64,000 bases of DNA. Origin: Halarcobacter sp. Lineage in GTDB: Bacteria > Campylobacterota > Campylobacteria > Campylobacterales > Arcobacteraceae. The stretch lies in assembly GCA_048571215.1 (NCBI GenBank), contig CP182352.1:1408001-1472000 (forward strand), in the 5' to 3' direction. The position numbers were made by a program, and so were the translations under genes. Within the stretch, counting starts at the first letter, position 1; each line of letters opens with the position of its first letter. Positions 61,193-64,000 of the stretch are shown here, piece after piece. The notes beneath the pieces were generated by a model. That model saw nothing but the letters and a program-made list of their open reading frames with translations, was not told the origin of the DNA and made no database searches.

Positions 61193-62362
61193 ATGAACAA
61201 TCATATAGAAATTTTTATAAATAATAAGTCTAATCAAATTCCGAGTAATGATATTGACTATATAAATAGTTTTTTACCATTTTATGCAGATGTTAAAAAT
61301 GACAATATAGCTTATTTATTCGCTTATTATCATTATAAATTTAACAGTTTATTTAGTTTTATGAATTCTAAATTAAATTCTGATAACCATCATTATAATG
61401 CTGACCCAAGTCGAGAACTAATAGCAATAATCGATGACTTAGAAAATGTATCAAGGGAACTGAAAAATACAGAATATAATTTTAACATTGATACTAATTA
61501 TCTAGAAATCATTAAATTATGTAAGACATTTTTATTAGGTAGTGGGGGAAGTCCTATTCCAGATGACTTCAAAAAAATTAATATCATTGAAGCTAAACCA
61601 ATTTTTCACATAAATACAACTATTACAGTTGAAAATGTAAAACTTGGTTTAAAATTAATAGGTGAAGGTTCATATGCACAAGTACTAAAATATAAAGACC
61701 AATTTTACAATAAAACATTTGCTTTAAAAAGAGCAAGACATAATCTTACTGATAAAGAATTAAAACGATTTAGAAGAGAATACGAAAGTATGAAGAGTTT
61801 AAATTCTCCTTATATTTTAGAAGTATACAAGTTTGATGAAAAAGAAATATCGTACATAATGGAATATGCTGATTTCACATTAGCTGATTACATAAAACAC
61901 AATAATACTAAATTAACTTATAATCAAAGAAAAAATATTATAAATCAAACTTTCAAGGCTTTTGAATACTTAGAAAGTAAAGATATACTACATCGAGATA
62001 TTAGTATAAATAATATACTTTTAAAACAATATGATGACTTATTTGTTGTAAAAATTTCTGATTTTGGACTTGTAAAACTAAAAAATAGTGACTTGACAAG
62101 TCAAAACACAGAATATAAAGGCTCACTAAATGATCCAAAGCTAGATATAGTTGGTGGATTTAAGAACTATGAAATACATCATGAAACATATGCATTAACT
62201 AGATTAATATACTTCATTTTAACTGGTAAAATTCGTATAGATAACTATAAAAAAAATGAACAACTAGAAACATTCATAAAAAATGGGATTTCTGATAATA
62301 TAGACCTTAGATATCATTCTATTAAAAAGATGCGAAAAGCTTTTAATGACCTTGTGTTTTAA
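61193..62362 (+). CDS. cassette 3 gene, Hanks-type Ser/Thr protein kinase with N-terminal helical domain
   Basis: IGEGSYAQV, ALKR, F.RE, YIMEY, LHRDISINNIL, KISDFGL. Confidence 0.92.
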   Translation: MNNHIEIFINNKSNQIPSNDIDYINSFLPFYADVKNDNIAYLFAYYHYKFNSLFSFMNSKLNSDNHHYNADPSRELIAIIDDLENVSRELKNTEYNFNIDTNYLEIIKLCKTFLLGSGGSPIPDDFKKINIIEAKPIFHINTTITVENVKLGLKLIGEGSYAQVLKYKDQFYNKTFALKRARHNLTDKELKRFRREYESMKSLNSPYILEVYKFDEKEISYIMEYADFTLADYIKHNNTKLTYNQRKNIINQTFKAFEYLESKDILHRDISINNILLKQYDDLFVVKISDFGLVKLKNSDLTSQNTEYKGSLNDPKLDIVGGFKNYEIHHETYALTRLIYFILTGKIRIDNYKKNEQLETFIKNGISDNIDLRYHSIKKMRKAFNDLVF

Positions 62363-62372
62363 GGCGTTATTC

Positions 62373-62442
62373 ATACAACAAAAACGAGGAGACCAATAAT
62401 TTACCCTTGCGGGAAAATTATTGCTCACGACAAACGTTAACT
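62373..62442 (+). other. integron attC site 2 (70 bp)
   Basis: ATACAAC...GAG-AC-CAATAATTT-ACCC-TTGC-GGG-AAAATTATTG-CTC...GTTAACT; homologous to attC 1 with compensatory changes. Confidence 0.85.
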
Positions 62443-62461
62443 CAACAGTAAGGAAAATAAA

Positions 62462-63448
62462 ATGGAATCTAAGCATATAATTTATCTTGACACTTCAGGA
62501 TTAAATTATTTAGCTGATAAAGTCAAAAATTTTGATGATTTTTCTAAAATTAAAAATCATTTAAATTTTGAATTCTATTTATCTCCAATAACACTATGGG
62601 AAATCTTACTTAATGGGAATGATGAAAGAAAGGACTACTTAATTTATTGGTCTCAATTTAACTGTGCTAATAATCTAATAAAATCACCAACAGAAATAAT
62701 TTTAGATTTTATTAAATTGGACTGTCCATTAAAGGACAGAAAAGAATTCTATACTGATCCATATACAAAAATGGACTTAGGTATTACTTGGCAGAATATC
62801 CATCGTAAAATTGATAAAACTATTCCAATAGATTTAAATGAACTAAAAGAAAAAACTAAACCAATCAGAGATTTTTCAAAAAAGTTAAAAAAGATAATAA
62901 CTGATATGTGTAACGAAGAATATTCAAACTATAACAACGACCCATTTCATAAAGCTATGTTAAAAGTATGTAAAAATCTTGACTACTCTGACTCTCAAAT
63001 TAGTAAATATGAAAAACTTATAAAAATAGCATTAGTTTTCTTATTTTTCATTATCTGTATTGGAATCGAACTTCAAAATAATTTACTTAGAGCATATTGG
63101 AAAGAACTAAAGATAGAGGACCCATTTGATAAATTAGATTATTTGATAGATAATTATCCAATGTTATTAAATAGAGGACCTTTAATCGAAATGGCTAAGA
63201 TGTCTGATGAACAATTGAAAATGAGTAATTCTAAAAGTAGAGGTCTCCTTCATGATTGTTTTCATGCAATTTATTGTTACTATACAGATAATGTAATTAC
63301 AGGTGACGAACATTTCAAATCATTGAGAGAAAATGAAAAAGATACAATTTTTAGTCGTATTTTAATGACTGAAGAGATAGAACTGATATGGGAAGAAACA
63401 CTAAATGAGCTAACAAATCAGTCAGACTGTGAATTTAGTCCCAAATAA
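62462..63448 (+). CDS. cassette 4 gene, PIN-like domain protein
   Basis: IYLDTS, LSPITLWE, HDCFHA, VITGDEHF match the acidic pattern of PIN folds, split by a helical insert. Confidence 0.65.
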   Translation: MESKHIIYLDTSGLNYLADKVKNFDDFSKIKNHLNFEFYLSPITLWEILLNGNDERKDYLIYWSQFNCANNLIKSPTEIILDFIKLDCPLKDRKEFYTDPYTKMDLGITWQNIHRKIDKTIPIDLNELKEKTKPIRDFSKKLKKIITDMCNEEYSNYNNDPFHKAMLKVCKNLDYSDSQISKYEKLIKIALVFLFFIICIGIELQNNLLRAYWKELKIEDPFDKLDYLIDNYPMLLNRGPLIEMAKMSDEQLKMSNSKSRGLLHDCFHAIYCYYTDNVITGDEHFKSLRENEKDTIFSRILMTEEIELIWEETLNELTNQSDCEFSPK

Positions 63449-63860
63449 ACTAAATTTACAGTAAAAATCCAAATTAATTTCCAGAATATCTGATATTTTT
63501 TCTTAAATTTTTTAGATATAAAAATTTTTGTAAAAAATAAACCAAATAAAGTCCAAACACTAAGATATATTCCTCTATATCTTTTGTAATTTGGGTTAAA
63601 TCTTTATTTTTTATGGCTAAACACAGTTTTTTAAACAGAGTTATCCCTATAAGATTTAAAAGTCTTCTAAAATTATATGTAAACATAATAAGAGCATTTT
63701 CACCAAGTACCTTTTCTTTAGAACGAACTAAAAAATGATCCCAACTTAAAGTTCTTTTAATTGTATCATAGAGTGAAACGGAATCTACTTGCAAAATGTA
63801 TGTTCTACTATTAAAGATCTTTTTTTAACTATATCTTTAGCTTTTTTGCTATTTATTATT
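63423..63860 (-). pseudogene. IS1182-like transposase 3' remnant with one terminal end
   Basis: Minus strand KDIVKKRSLIVEHTF / DTIKRTLSWDHFLVRSKEKVLGENALIMFTYNFRRL, interrupted. Putative IS end CAGACTGTGAA at 63423. Confidence 0.75.
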
Positions 63861-63894
63861 ATACGAGAGAATTAATCTCCACTTTTAAAATAGT

Positions 63895-64000
63895 TATTGA
63901 GTATTACACCAACAAAAACAAAATGGTACCAAAAAATGCAAAGGTCAATTTCCCCTCTTCCCGCATTTGAGAAGCCGAGTGTTTATTTGTCTCTTTTGAA
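63895..64000 (+). repeat. structured repeat copy R3 (5' part, cut by the window edge)
   Basis: TTGAGTATTACACC...AAAATGGTACCAAAAAATGCAAAGGTC...CCCGCATTTGAGAAGCCGAGTGTTTATTTGTCTCTTTTGAA. Confidence 0.92.

Noticed and set aside
63474..63794. 106-aa ORF as an intact gene
   Set aside because: It is the C-terminal fragment of an interrupted IS1182-like transposase, and its apparent start lies at the 26-nt insertion.
1..64000. tRNA/rRNA genes, prophage genes, integron integrase
   Set aside because: None recognised. Intergenic gaps are short or otherwise explained, and no ORF shows tyrosine-recombinase (R...HxxR...Y) or phage structural features.

Overview
Very AT-rich chromosomal window from an Arcobacteraceae-like Campylobacterota bacterium. 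This taxonomy is inferred from gene content and order, the fused CcsBA and the dimeric dUTPase. Bases 1-56.2 kb are mostly housekeeping genes (rsmG, ribA, hemB, argF, hemN, lgt, polA, kdsB, lptB, tsaE, trpD, argG, recR, dnaJ, cmoB, ccsBA, ABC-F) interleaved with many two-component and GGDEF signalling genes. That stretch also holds a putative aryl-acid salvage cluster (symporter, iorAB, paaK, ACT, stand-alone trpB) and an intact IS256. The last 8 kb is an accessory region built from repeated modules: a ~330-380 bp covarying structured non-coding repeat, an attI-like entry site, two integron-type gene cassettes separated by an attC, and a truncated attC. No integrase lies in the window, and the cargo looks defence-like (HEPN-like, DUF5677-like, Ser/Thr kinase, PIN-like). 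An IS110 element sits inside one repeat copy. Its non-coding leader reads as a bridge RNA whose four guide segments match the repeat target and the IS donor junction. All product calls come from motif recognition, not database searches.
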